Source: Octopus vulgaris (lineage: Eukaryota). Taken from it: a stretch of 64,000 bases of DNA. The DNA is taken from positions 38,750,001-38,814,000 of the forward strand of contig OX597839.1 in NCBI GenBank assembly GCA_951406725.2, given 5' to 3'. The notes beneath the pieces are model-generated. The model was given only the letters and a program-made list of their open reading frames with translations, ran no database searches and had not been told where the DNA came from. Shown here in pieces: positions 12,799-26,172 of this stretch. The position numbers and the translations under genes are program-made. Numbering within the stretch: the stretch's first letter is position 1; each line of letters starts with the position of its first letter.

Positions 12799-12976
12799 AA
12801 TGATAATAATAATAATAATAATAATAATATTAGCATTTCGAGCTAATGTTTCTGCCAGCTCGCCGCCTTGCTGTGTTTAGCTTAATGGCCCATTAATGTA
12901 TACAGTGAGTTTCTTTGCCCTAGGAGTTGGGAAGACACACGGCAAGAAATGGAAACAAAATTGAAAGAAGAGAAAC

Positions 12977-13071
<95 letters not shown>

Positions 13072-13074
<3 letters not shown>

Positions 13075-13460
13075 GAAAGATCATAGGCGTTGCCATACTT
13101 TGGGATGCACCCGTAGGTGGCAAAGAGCTGGAAAGGTGGAAGAATACAAATAACTAAAAGGCGAAATTGCAAGAATATGGGCCAGGAGGAGAGTAAAATG
13201 TTATCCCAGTATTTGTAGGGATACGCGGAAGCACAAACAACCACGTACGAGAAACATGTCGGTCAAACTGAAAGTGATATGAGAGCAGGGCATGCCCCAC
13301 AAAATGGTCTGTTGGGGGCAGCTAGGATTTTGAGATTGGTGCTAGGGTGTTGAGTATCTTCCACGGTAGTTAACATTCAGGTACCAAGTCAAATAATTTG
13401 CGGAAAGAGACCCTGTGAGACCTCGGGCAACAGGTTGCTGTCCGCTCTCACAGAATCGAC
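13072..13460 (+). pseudogene. R4/Dong-like non-LTR retrotransposon, REL-endonuclease C-terminal relic
   Basis: Frameshifted translation KIIGVAILWDAPVGGKELE..EEYK*LKGEIARIW..VIPVFVG..LLGAARILRLVL resembles IIDVAIP..EK..KY..L..EI.RLW..VIPVVVG..LGTARILR. Confidence 0.75.
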
Positions 13461-13493
13461 CAGAGCAAGTAAGACCGAAATCTCTGAGAAATA

Positions 13494-13546
<53 letters not shown>

Positions 13547-13562
13547 ATAATAATAATAATAA

Positions 13563-13666
13563 TAACCATCCATACAATAACCATCAGAGCATCACAACAA
13601 ATCACAGCACATATCCAAGGCACACAGAGCTGCGTTTGGTGAAAGCACGCTATAAAAATAAAACTA

Positions 13667-13672
<6 letters not shown>
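13563..13672 (+). mobile_element. LINE-like 3' end fragment followed by (AAT)n
   Basis: Near-identical to 62860-62972. Confidence 0.7.
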
Positions 13673-13745
<73 letters not shown>

Positions 13746-13869
13746 GTAATAGTAATAATAATAATATGCCCTGATGCAGTATCATGCAGTGGCTCTCGTG
13801 GTTTCTGATCTTAACTGATTGGAAGTGTTATCATGTACATTGTTTTGTCCTGGTATAAGAGATGGGCTA

Positions 13870-14006
13870 CAGAATCGTTAGCGCGCCGGCGAAATACTTA
13901 GAAGTATTTCGCTTGCCGCTAAGTTCTGAGTTCTAATTCCGCCGAGGTCGACTTTGCCTTTCATCCTTCGGGGTCGATAAAATAAGTACCAGTTTAACAC
14001 TGGTAC
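13870..14006 (+). mobile_element. SINE S2 partial
   Basis: S2 head and core. Confidence 0.8.
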
Positions 14007-14009
14007 TTC

Positions 14010-14285
14010 TTCCTTCAATGTTGGGTCCGTTTCTTGCCGAGAGTCGTCCCAACAACCTAGGCTAAAGAAACTCGCTGTATATACTGATAGGCCATTAATA
14101 TTAATACACCAAATTGTTCATTTACAAAATCAACCAAAGTTATCTAACATAAATCGATATTTACATGGAAGGTTATCGTTCTCACAGCCCCAATGTACTT
14201 CCACTCTTCCCAGCACAATAAACATACCAATTAAAACAATCTTTTGCCCTTCTTGCATGGACAGTAAGCCAGGAATCATTCTCAA
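14010..14285 (-). pseudogene. R4/Dong-like LINE 3' end relic
   Basis: Encodes MIPGLLSMQEGQKIVLIG (cf. E.QKIVLMGT at 62529). Its 3' UTR is shared with 12900-12975 and 21319-21368. Confidence 0.6.
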
Positions 14286-14293
14286 ATAATTTT

Positions 14294-14700
14294 CAGGAGT
14301 GGCTGTGTGGTAAGTAGCTTGCTTACCAACCACATGGTTCCGTGTTCAGTTCCACTGCGTGGCATCTTGAGCAAGTGTCTTCTACTATAGCTTCGGGCCG
14401 ACCATAGCCTTGTGAGTGGATTTGGTAGACGGATACTGAAAGAAGCCCGTCGTATATATGTATATATATACATATGTGTGTGTTTGTGCGTCTGTGTTTG
14501 TCCCCCAACATCGCTTGACAACCGATGCTGGTGTGTTTACGTCCTCGAAACTTAGCGGTTCGGCAAAAGAGACCGATAGAATAAGTACTAGGCTCACAAA
14601 GAATAAGTCATGGGGTCGATTTGCTCGACTAAATGCGGTGCTACAGCATGCCCGCAGTCAAATGATTGAAACAAGTAAAAGAGTAAAGGAGTAAAAGAGT
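14294..14700 (+). mobile_element. SINE S1 full length
   Basis: ggagtggctgtgtggtaag... through the (gagtaaa)n tail. Confidence 0.92.
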
Positions 14701-15299
14701 TCCTTTTATGATTATTCCAAGTGCTCCTACAATCACTGGTGTTGTAACCTCCTTGAGATGCCATGTTTTTTTTTTTCGATTTCAATGAGGAAATCTTTAT
14801 ATTTTATGAGTTTATCAACTTCTCTTGCCAAAATATTATGTTCACAAGGGATACTCATGTCGATCAATAAAGAGACTTCGTTATTTTAGTTTTCCACAGA
14901 AATATCCGGTTTATTTGCTTTGATGGTTCTGTTTGTATGTACAAGAAAGTCCCTGAGGAAAAATACTGAAGATGGCACTCCCTGTACCTTGGGGGATAGC
15001 AAAGTAATCAGGGACTTTTGCGTGGGGCTTACTACGAATTACCCTAAGTGGACTGCTCCGCTCTTGGGGATTCGATTAATTAATTATTTCTCTAATTTTC
15101 ATTTATATATCCTTTGTTATATCATTTAATATTGTAGTATCTCCCTTTGATCGATATAAACCCCACGTTTTGTGTGTTGTATTTCGTTCTTTGATATTGT
15201 CCTCCATATCTTGAGCCCTTGTAGCCAATAAAAGAAATTATTATTATTATTATTATTATTATGCTGTTTAGCATAATAATAAAAATAATAATAATAATT

Positions 15300-15695
15300 T
15301 CTTAGAGAAAAGCAAAGACTGATAACGGCTCAAAGAGCCATGGAAAGGTCAATGCCTGGTATCTCGTTGAGAGAGCACATAAGTAGCAACATCATCAGAA
15401 AGAAGTCCGGCGTGAGAGATGTCATCGCAGAGTATACTCGCAGCAAGTGTAGATGGGCTGGACACGTCGCCCGGCTCACCGATAATCGGTGGACGCACGC
15501 AGTTGTCGAGTGGTACCCGCGTGAGCGGAAAAGACCACCGGGAAGACCTCCACGACGGTGGAGTGACGATTTCAAGAGGACGATTGGGATCACGTGGATG
15601 AGAAAGGCGCGATCCAGAGAGGAGTAGACAGCGTGTTGTGACCAGCGGTGTCAAATGGACGCCTGACGGACTGGTCGGTCAAAGTGATCAAAGTG

Positions 15696-15697
<2 letters not shown>
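15300..15697 (+). pseudogene. RTE-clade LINE 3' end (C-terminal ORF relic plus short tandem tail)
   Basis: AQRAMERSM.GI.L...RWAGHVAR..DNRWT....W.PR..KRP.GRP..RW.DD motif; tail (caaagtgat)2. Confidence 0.88.
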
Positions 15698-15763
<66 letters not shown>

Positions 15764-15764
<1 letters not shown>

Positions 15765-16305
15765 GAGTGAGAAAGTGATACTGGGGCACAAATATACGAA
15801 GCCCAATATGTCCATCATGGCTGTCTATCTGACAAGGGTACACCAGGCACATGCATCACAACCATATGTGCACGACATGGTGACCTTATATCAAGATAAA
15901 CAGCGCATGACCTTGCAGGTGGGGCCCAGTTAGAGTTTTCTTCAGATCGAGTAACCCAACACGCTCAAAAGGTCCCTGAATAAGGGTTGTTTAAGGATGT
16001 TGAACGAAACACCCATGTTTCCAGAGGTAAATTATTCAAACCCCAAAGAATCCCTCTCAACACATGGCTATGATGCTCCCCCACTACTTCTGCTCGTGAT
16101 CAGAGATGCAAATATTGTCAGCCACCAAGGGACATGCTCAACTGGTCATGGTCAAGCAACTGACAAGCAAATCTGTAGAAGAAAATTGAATAGAATATTT
16201 GCTGTAGTCCTTCCTTTTTCACGAAAACAAAACATGCGCACATAACACTTCCAATCATTAAAGATGAGAGGCCATGAGAAACACTGCCTGTTACTGCATC
16301 AAGTC
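15764..16305 (-). mobile_element. Second copy of the 560-bp (AAT)n-associated repeat
   Basis: Reverse complement of 11914-12471. Confidence 0.85.
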
Positions 16306-16517
16306 ATTATTATTGTTGTTATTATTATTATTATTATTATTATATTTCGCCCGTCGCTCCGTTCTGAGTTCAAATTGAGTCACGGTCGACTTTGCCTTTC
16401 ATCCTTTCGGGGTCGATAAAAAGTATCTGTTGAAAACTAGTACTCATCCCCTCCCCTAAAATTGCTGCCCTTGTGGAAAAATTTGAAAACATTATTTCTA
16501 CTACTACTACTACTACT

Positions 16518-16855
16518 GTGAAGGTGCATGTCTCAGTGGTTAGATCGTCGAGCTTACGGTCGTGGGGCTGCAAGCTCGAATCCCGGACCGGGTTGAGTGT
16601 TGTGTTCTTGAGCAAGACACTTCATTTCACGTCGCTCCAGTTCACTCAGCTGTAGAAATGAGTTGCGATGTCACAGGCGCCAAGCCGTATCGGCCCCTTT
16701 GCCTTTCTCTTAAATAACATCGGTGGCATGGAGAGGGGAGGCTGGTATGCATGGGCAACTGCTGGTCTTCGATAAACAACCTTGCCTGGACTTGTGCCTG
16801 GGAGGGTAACTTTCTAGGTGCAATCCCATGGTCAGTCATGACCGAAGGGGTTCTC
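16518..16855 (+). mobile_element. tRNA-derived SINE, family S4
   Basis: A/B-box head and gtgttcttgagcaagacact segment; copy at 30140-30467. Confidence 0.88.
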
Positions 16856-16856
16856 A

Positions 16857-16924
<68 letters not shown>

Positions 16925-17857
16925 TTTAAATATTGTTTTTGTTTCTTTTTAAATACTTTCCCTTCTTCTCCATTTACTGGTATCTATTCGCTTACGTTTT
17001 TTCAGCATGGCATGTTATAGCAGTTTCGGTGGTAGTTGTAGCGGAGGTGGTGGTGGTGTTGCCGATCGATTGTGTCGACGATGAAGATGATGTTGGTGGC
17101 GATGGTGATGAGGGTGATGGTGATGGTGGCAATGGTAATATTGGTGTTGGTAATAGTGATGATGATGGCGCTGGTGTTGATAGTAATGTTGATGATGTTG
17201 ATGTTGAAGATGATGATGATGATGTTCCTATAGGCGATATTGACTGTGTTGGAGAAGATGGTAACGATAATGAGGCGGGAACTGCTGATGATAGTAATAA
17301 AGGTTAGTGTATTGATGGTGGCGATGGTGATGGTGGCGATGGTGATGAGGGCGATGGTGATGATGACGATGGTGATGGGGGCGATGTTGATGAGGCAGAT
17401 GGTGATGATGACGATGGTGATGGGGGCGATGGTGATGGTGGTGATGGTGATGAGGGCGATGGTGATGGTGGTAGTTCTGATGGTGGCGATGGTGATGAGG
17501 GCGATGGTGATGGTGGCGGTTGTGATGGTGGCGATGGTAATGGTGGCGGTTGTGATGGCGGCGATGGTGATAGTGGCACCGACGGCAATGGGGGTGTCGG
17601 TGATGGAGACAGAAGTGGCGGAGTCGATATTAAATGTCTGTATTATAATGTATAATAAATGTTGACATTCTCTGGTCTTTTTCTATTTTGTTTGTCTTTA
17701 CTCATCATCGATACGTGATTGGATTGCTCCATATCGATGCGAACACAGATGCATGCGAACATGGATGTATGCATGCATACAGGTATCCACGCAGGCATAT
17801 ATACATGCATAAAATACAGACTCATGCATACATAAACCCACATATATACATAAATAT

Positions 17858-17974
<117 letters not shown>

Positions 17975-17983
17975 CATACATTC

Positions 17984-18024
<41 letters not shown>

Positions 18025-18033
18025 CATACACAC

Positions 18034-18088
<55 letters not shown>

Positions 18089-18475
18089 CACACACGCACA
18101 CACACATATATATACGCTCACACATTTATACTTACGTATAATTACTCACAAAGACACACACAGACGCACAAACATAGACATCTATGTAAAGATATATACA
18201 TGTTTATATACTCACATGCTTGTGTACACACACATATATACATATGTAATCTCTATAAATCTATATTTATATAAGCATAAATACATACACACACATACAC
18301 ACATACATACATACATAAATACATATACATGCATACACACACACATACATACATACACACATACATACATACATACATACATAAATACATACATACATAC
18401 ATACACACACATACACATAGATAAACACATACATACATACATACATAAATACAAATGCATATATGTACAATCACC

Positions 18476-18517
<42 letters not shown>

Positions 18518-19023
18518 AGTGCATGTACACACATACGTATATATTTATGTATGCATGTCTATATATATATATAAGTATATATATATAAGTATGCATAAAT
18601 ATATATACTTTCATAAACACGTCCACATAACTTAGAAATATTAGAGTCTGGATAATAACACAATATTAGTTACACAACAACAACAACAACATGAACACCA
18701 ACAGAAGCAATAGTAACCATGTAACTGCATATAATTTAACTAATACAATCAAGATAATTACATAATAACGTTATGGGTGTATATACATATGTAGATATAT
18801 ATATATATATATATGCATATATATATACAATTATATTTGCATATATATACAATTATATTTCCATATATAAACATATATATATACATATACATATATGCAC
18901 ACGCACACATATATACATATACAAATATATATTTGCATATATACATATGCAAATATATATGTACACACACATACACACATGCATATATATGTACATACGT
19001 ATATATATATATATATGCATGCA

Positions 19024-19067
<44 letters not shown>

Positions 19068-19112
19068 TATTCATAGTTACACAAAATAAAGTATGCATAG
19101 GTACCTTGTATG

Positions 19113-19154
<42 letters not shown>

Positions 19155-19362
19155 AATGTACATGTATGTATGTATGTAGAAATGTATGTGTCTAACTACT
19201 TGACTATCTATATACATGCATATACATACACACACACAAATATATATATTTGTGTGTGTATGTATAATGCATATATGTATGTATACATACATAAATACAC
19301 GCACACATAGATATGCATTTCACTATTTCTATACACACACACAGACAGACAGACAGACAGAC

Positions 19363-19421
<59 letters not shown>

Positions 19422-19896
19422 CACATGCATAGAGAAGCATATATATGTATTATGTATGAATGTATAATGTAATATGATATGCACACACAATCAGAGACAC
19501 ACATATATAATGCATGAGAGATGATAATAAATATATTAAAATAATCATACTAAATTTGTAGTGGGAAAATAGTTGTAGTAGTAGTAGTAGTAGTAGTAGT
19601 AGTGTATTATCATCACTGTTGTCGTTGTGGTAAGAAAAAAAATAATTAATTGAATCCATATAAAATGTCTACATGCAACTTATGAAGTTATTCTAGTAAG
19701 TGAAACAAAGATATCAATAATAATAATAATAATAATAATAATATTAATAATGATGAGGAGAAGAAGAAGAAGAAGAAGAAGAAGAAGAAGAAGAAGAAGA
19801 AGAAGAAGAAGAAGAAGAAGAATATCAATATCAACAACAGCAATAATAATAATGATGGTAATAATGATGATAATAATAATACTAATAATACTTATA

Positions 19897-19990
<94 letters not shown>

Positions 19991-20058
19991 GAAGAAGAAT
20001 ATCAATATCAACAACAATAATAAGAACAACAACAACAACAACAATAATAATAATAATG

Positions 20059-20110
<52 letters not shown>

Positions 20111-20269
20111 GGTTTCTGATTTTAACTGATTGGCAGTGTTAACGTGTACATGTTTTGTCTTGGTATAAAAGATGGGTTACAGCAAATATTCTGCTCAATA
20201 CCACAGATTTGCTTGTCAGTTGTTTGACCTTAACCAGCTGAGCATGTCCCTTAGTGGCTGAAAACAGAA

Positions 20270-20460
20270 TGGTGGCGAACTGGCAGAATCGTTAGCAATC
20301 CGGGCAAAATGCTTAGCGGCATTTCGTCTGAGTTCAAATTCCGCCAAGGTAAACTTTGCCTTTCAAACTTTCGGGGGTCGATAAAATAAGTAGCAGTTGT
20401 GCACTGGGATTGTTGCAATCGACTTACACCCTCCCCTAAACTTGCTGGCCTGGTGCCAAC
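20270..20460 (+). mobile_element. SINE S2 variant, degenerate
   Basis: S2 head and core. Confidence 0.75.
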
Positions 20461-20554
20461 GTCGATGGAATCCACTAGTCCCCATCCAACCAAATTTCAG
20501 GCGCATGTATAGGACCGCAATGTGGGTATAGTGACAGACGAAAAGCAAATATAT

Positions 20555-20940
20555 GGAGTGGCTGTGTGGTAAGTAGCTTGCTAATCAACAACATGGTTCC
20601 GGGTTCAGTCCCAGTGCGTGGCATCTTGGGCAAGTGTCTTCTGCTATAGCCTCGGGCCGACCAATGCCTTGTGAGTGGATTTGGTAGACGGAAACTGAAA
20701 GAAGCCTATCGTATATATGTATACATATATATGTGTGTATGTGTTTGTCGCCCTAGCATTGCTTGACAACCGATGCTGGTGTGTTTACGTCCCCGTCACT
20801 TAGCGGTTCGGCAAAAGAGACCGATAGAATAAGTACTGGACTTACAAAGAACAAGTCCCGGTTTCGATTTGCTCGACTAAAGGCGATGCTCCAGCATGGC
20901 CGCAGTCAAATGAGTGAAACAAGTAAAAGAGTAAAAGAGT
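20555..20940 (+). mobile_element. SINE S1 full length
   Basis: As 14294-14700. Confidence 0.92.
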
Positions 20941-21020
20941 ATATACATAGTGGCAATAAGTGAGGTGGTGGTGGTGGGACGTATGTAGTTAAAATATGTT
21001 TTAACCAACAAAAAAAAAAA

Positions 21021-21195
21021 ACACTTGTAATAAAAGCAAGGCCAAAAGCGAGTATGATGAATGTGGAACACTCACATACACTTTTATATAATTGTGTGCC
21101 TGATGAACCAAATGGTGGCGAAACTATATGGCGTAACGATGTAGTTTAATGGGGGGATACGTTTTCTGTTCCTTTTACATCTTTTCTTCGAGATT

Positions 21196-21238
<43 letters not shown>

Positions 21239-21268
21239 TACTACAGTTATTAGTATTATTACTATTGC

Positions 21269-21313
<45 letters not shown>

Positions 21314-21544
21314 CATTATACAGCGAGTTTCTTTAGCCTAGGTTGTTGGGACGACTCTCGGCAAGAAAACACCTGTAATAAAAGCAACGCCAAAAGCGAG
21401 CATGATGAATGTGGACCACTCACATACACTTTTATATAATTGTGTGCCTGATGAACCAAATGCTGGCGAAACTATATGGCGTAACGATGTAGTTTAATGG
21501 GGGGATACGTTTTCTGTTCCTTTTACATCTTTTCTTCGAGATTT
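21021..21544 (+). repeat. Two direct copies of a 176-bp unit (period 348), each with a partial hammerhead core
   Basis: Units at 21021-21196 and 21369-21544 contain CTGATGA-ACCA-aatg(g/c)-TGGC-GAAA-CTATAT..ATGTAG-TT. Confidence 0.85.
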
Positions 21545-21967
21545 ATTTTAACGTAATTAGTTGCTGAAGCTAAAGTGACAACAATATGGCGGCGATACTG
21601 TTTGAACTTTATAGGAGTGCATTTAAAAAAAAAAAAAAAGAAAACAACGAAAGGAGAACAGAAATTCGTTTTCTTTTTCTTTCTTTTTTTTTATATATTT
21701 TGCTACGTCATTTTGTGATGCAGTTTTGTTTTTGTTTTTCCCAAACTGGTAAAATTTTGTGATAAACATAAAACACTTTTACCAATTCCTTCTTCTTCTG
21801 TTTCTCACATCAAATATCTGCGTTTATTTCTTGTGTTATACAAACTCTTTAAGATTACGAGAAGATAAAGTAATATTACTACTACTACTACTACTACTAT
21901 GTCTGCTACCATCACCACCACCAACACCACCACCACCACCATCACCACCATCACTTTCACCACCATA

Positions 21968-22020
<53 letters not shown>

Positions 22021-22050
22021 TACTACTAGTACTACTACTACTACTACTAG

Positions 22051-22082
<32 letters not shown>

Positions 22083-22257
22083 GCACCACCACAGCTGCTA
22101 CTACTACTACTACCACTACTACCACAGTTACTACTACTACTACTACTACTACTACTAATATTTCCACCACTACTACCACCACCACCACCACCACCACCAC
22201 AACTACTACTACTGTTTCTGTTGCTACTACTGTTGCTGCTGCTACTACTACTACTGT

Positions 22258-22312
<55 letters not shown>

Positions 22313-22739
22313 TCCACTTCTACTGCTGTTGTCTCGTTCTTTTACTCTTCTTCTACCTTCCCCTACTCCTTTTCAACTTTCACGTCTCTTCTTCCTCTTC
22401 ATCGTCTCCTCTTCTTCTCCCTCCTCTTCCTCCTCATCTCCTCTTCATCATCATCATCATCTTTCTCCTCCCCCTCCACCTCCTCCTCCTATTTACTGAT
22501 CTTCCATCTCGATTACGGACTTCTTATTTGTACACAGCGACGAGTCGTCGTTGCTGTCTTTGCAGTTGTCGTTGTTGTTGTTGTTGTAGTAACGGTTTAA
22601 TCTTGATTTCGAGTCGCTGTGCACCAGCTTATCCCGAACAACCAATTTTCCGCAGCCGTGTATCTACGGAGATTATCTCTCACTTTAACGTTATACAACT
22701 GTTTGTAATTATCTGTGACGAAAACAGTGGAGAATGTGA

Positions 22740-23400
22740 AAGAGGAAGAGGAAGTGGAGAAGGAGGAGAAGAAGGAGAAGAAGAAGAAGAAGAAGAAGAG
22801 GAGGAGGAGGAGAGGAAAAGAGTAATGATAATAATAATGATAATGATGATGATGAGAAGAAGAAGAAGAAGAAGAAGAAGAAGAAGAAGAAGAAGAAGAA
22901 AAAAAGAAGAAGAATGAGAAGAAAAGGAAAACGAAGGCGAAGAAGGAATAAGAAGAAAAATAAGATGAAGAAGAAAAAGAAAAAGAAGAATGAGAAGAGG
23001 AGGAGGGAAGAAAAACAAGAAGAATGTAAAAGAAGGAAAAAGTAAAGACAAAGAAGAAAAAGAGAAAGAAGGCAAAAAGAAGAATGTAAAGAAAAAGAGG
23101 AGGAAGGGCAGGTGGAAGAAGAGGACAATAAATGAAGAATAACGAGAAAGAAGAAAGAGAATGAATGAGATGGAGAAGAAAGTGAAGGAGAAAATGACGA
23201 AGGTAAGAAAGACAAGAAGCATAGGGAGTAGAAGAACGAGAAAGAGAATTAGAAAATGAAGAAGAATGAGAAGAAGAAAACGAAGGAGAGGAGAGTGAAG
23301 AAGAAAAAGTAGAAAGGAGAAGAAAATAAGTAAAGAAGAAAATGAGAAAGAAGAGGAAGAAGAATAAGGCGAAGAATGAGAAGTAAGATAGAAACTGACA
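22740..23400. repeat. Polypurine (GAA/GGA)-rich tract
   Basis: Direct reading; a similar tract lies at 48870-49450. Confidence 0.9.
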
Positions 23401-23595
23401 TTGGCATCGTCAATAACAACCTCACCATGAAAAGGAGGTGGATTAGCAAAAACATAAGAGCGTCGAACAAAATGTCTTCCAGAATTTAGTTACAGCTCCG
23501 TACGTTGTGAGTCTGATTGCCATCGAGATCAACGTTGCCTTCATCTTTTTGGAGGCTGATGAGATAAAATTACTTCCCATAATTGCGTCTTAATC

Positions 23596-23657
<62 letters not shown>

Positions 23658-23830
23658 GAGAGAAGAAAAAAGGCGGCGTGTGGTGGGATGATCCGTGTGG
23701 TGGATTCGGTTCCGGCTCATGCGCAATAACAGCTATTCGGCGAGTTGGCAGAATCGTTAGCACGCCAGGCGAAATGCCTTGCGGTATTCCGTCCCCCAAA
23801 TTACAGGCCTTGTGCTCTATAGTAGAAAGG

Positions 23831-23877
<47 letters not shown>

Positions 23878-24545
23878 GGTGGTGAACTGGCAGAATCGTT
23901 AGCATACCAGGCAAAACGCTTAGCGGTATTTCATCTGCCGTTACGTTCTGAGTTCAAATTCCGCCGAGGTCGACTTTGCCTTTCATCCTTTCGGGGTCGA
24001 TAAATTAAGTACCAGTTACGCACTGGGGTCGATGTAATCGACTTAATACCTATGTCTGTCCTTGTTTGTCCCCTCTGTGTTTAGCCCCTTGTGGGTAATA
24101 AAGAAATAGGTATTCCGTCTCCCGTTACGTTCTGAGTTCGAATTTCGCCGAGGTCGACTTTGCCTTTCATCCTTTCGGGGTCGATAAATTAAGTACCAGT
24201 TACGCACTGGGGTCGATGTAATCGACTTAATACCTATGTCTGTCCTTGTTTGTCCTCTCTGTGTTTAGCCCCTTGTGGGTAGTAAAGAAATATTTATTCC
24301 GTCTCCCGTTACGTTCTGAGTTCGAATTTCGCCGAGGTCGACTTTGCCTTTCATCCTTTCGGGGTCGATAAATTAAGTACCAGTTACGCACTGGGGTCGA
24401 TGTAATCGACTTAATACCTATGCCTGTCCTTGGATGTCCCCTCTGTGTTTAGTCCCTTGTGGGTAATAAAGAAATAGGTATTCCGTCTCCCGTTACGTTC
24501 TGAGTTCGAATTTCGCCGAGGTCGACTTTGCCCTTCATTCTTTCG
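23878..24545 (+). mobile_element. SINE S2 head-to-tail multimer, 184-bp period, about 3.4 units
   Basis: The unit start recurs at 23927, 24111, 24295 and 24479. Confidence 0.93.
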
Positions 24546-24763
24546 TCTGAGAAACGGACCCCGCGAGATGGAGTGGCTGCTGCAGCGTGTGCCGCTGGTT
24601 AATTCTCCGCGGCAATTGACATCGCAGTCATGACCGCAAGGCGAGGCCGAACGCATCATTAATTCAAGGGTGTGCGGCCCGTTGATCCCCTCCCCTTCCA
24701 TCTTCTGCTGCTTAATCCCCGCCCCCTTGTTTTGTTCTTCGGTTTCTTTATTTCCTTTTACAA

Positions 24764-24994
24764 GGCGGCGAGCTGGCAGAAACGTTAGCACGCCGGGCGA
24801 AATGCCTAGCGGTATTTCGTCTGCCGTTACGTTCTGAGTTCAAATTCAGCCGAGGTCGACTTTGCCTTTCATCCTTTCGGGGTCGATTAAATAAGTACCA
24901 GTTACGCACTGGGGTCGATGTAATCGATTTAATCCGTGCGTCTGTCCTTGTTTGTCTCCTCTGTGTTTAGCCCCTTGTGGGTAGTAAAGAAATA
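24764..24994 (+). mobile_element. SINE S2 full length with 17-bp flanking duplication
   Basis: ggtttctttatttcctt at 24741-24757 and 24995-25011. Confidence 0.9.
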
Positions 24995-25079
24995 GGTTTC
25001 TTTATTTCCTTGTAATTTAATTGTGATAAATAAAGGCAATTTGAATGTTAAGCTACTCTATAAATACAAACAAACGAAA

Positions 25080-25860
25080 GGGAATTACAAACAGAAATCC
25101 CGTCTCTATTGGATGATGAATATTCAGGGATAACCCTTATTTCCATTGCTAATCCGCCTGGTGTTAAACGAACATGTTATACCTGACTGGAATGAGATCA
25201 AATGGCACGGGCCGACTATCAACGACATTTTGTACATGGATGACCTCAAGTTATGCTCCGTAGATAACAAAGAAACAAAAAAAAAAACAAAATTAGAAAA
25301 AGTGAATGGATTCAATAGAGTAATATATTATATAAAAGGTATGCGGGTGGGGGTGGGGTAATTAATTAAAACCGTCAATGTCATGTTAGTTAGGAGATGA
25401 AAGAGAATAATGACTAAAAATAGATTTACAATTACGTAGGAATTAACGAAGTAGATAGAGTGTAACAGAGAGTAATGAAAGAAAATGTCAGGGAAGAATA
25501 TTATAAATATATTAGGGTAATACTTTGAATTGAAAGAAATACCAAAATAAATACATAAATAAAAATAAAGTAATAGGAATTAATATAGTGGTTGTTCCAA
25601 TAATTAGAGTTATAATATTCTCTACCGGAAGTTAAGTGAATTAGCAAGTATTGATGGGAAAACAAGGAAAATGATGATTGCATTTGCAGCAGATCGTAGA
25701 AAAGCCGACGCAGAAAAAAGGTTGCATTTGTCGTGAATATGTGGAGGTAAGGAGCTGTTCTGTAATTAGAAAACTATTATCAAATAGCTACAGTGGAACT
25801 GGAAAAATGTCTTGCAAAGGATAATGGGGAATTGATACAAATATATGAAGAGAATGACTA
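25080..25860 (+). pseudogene. R4/Dong-like reverse transcriptase relic
   Basis: QG*PLFPLL..., INDILYMDDLKL, YKY.(L)G and KAD..RL.L....GG..L motifs in order, with stops and frameshifts. Confidence 0.8.
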
Positions 25861-25864
25861 CATG

Positions 25865-25934
<70 letters not shown>

Positions 25935-26044
25935 AACTTATGACCTGTTCGAATGTCACAGAGATATTTGAACCTTAAAAGCTTTTCGAAAATATATGAA
26001 CTGGTCTTAGGTATTCTCTCTGTAACCGTTTCGCGAAGCAAATC

Positions 26045-26117
<73 letters not shown>

Positions 26118-26172
26118 GGTATAATTATAAACAGGGCAAATTTTAGTCATTTCTCTGCAGACTGCAAAAAAA

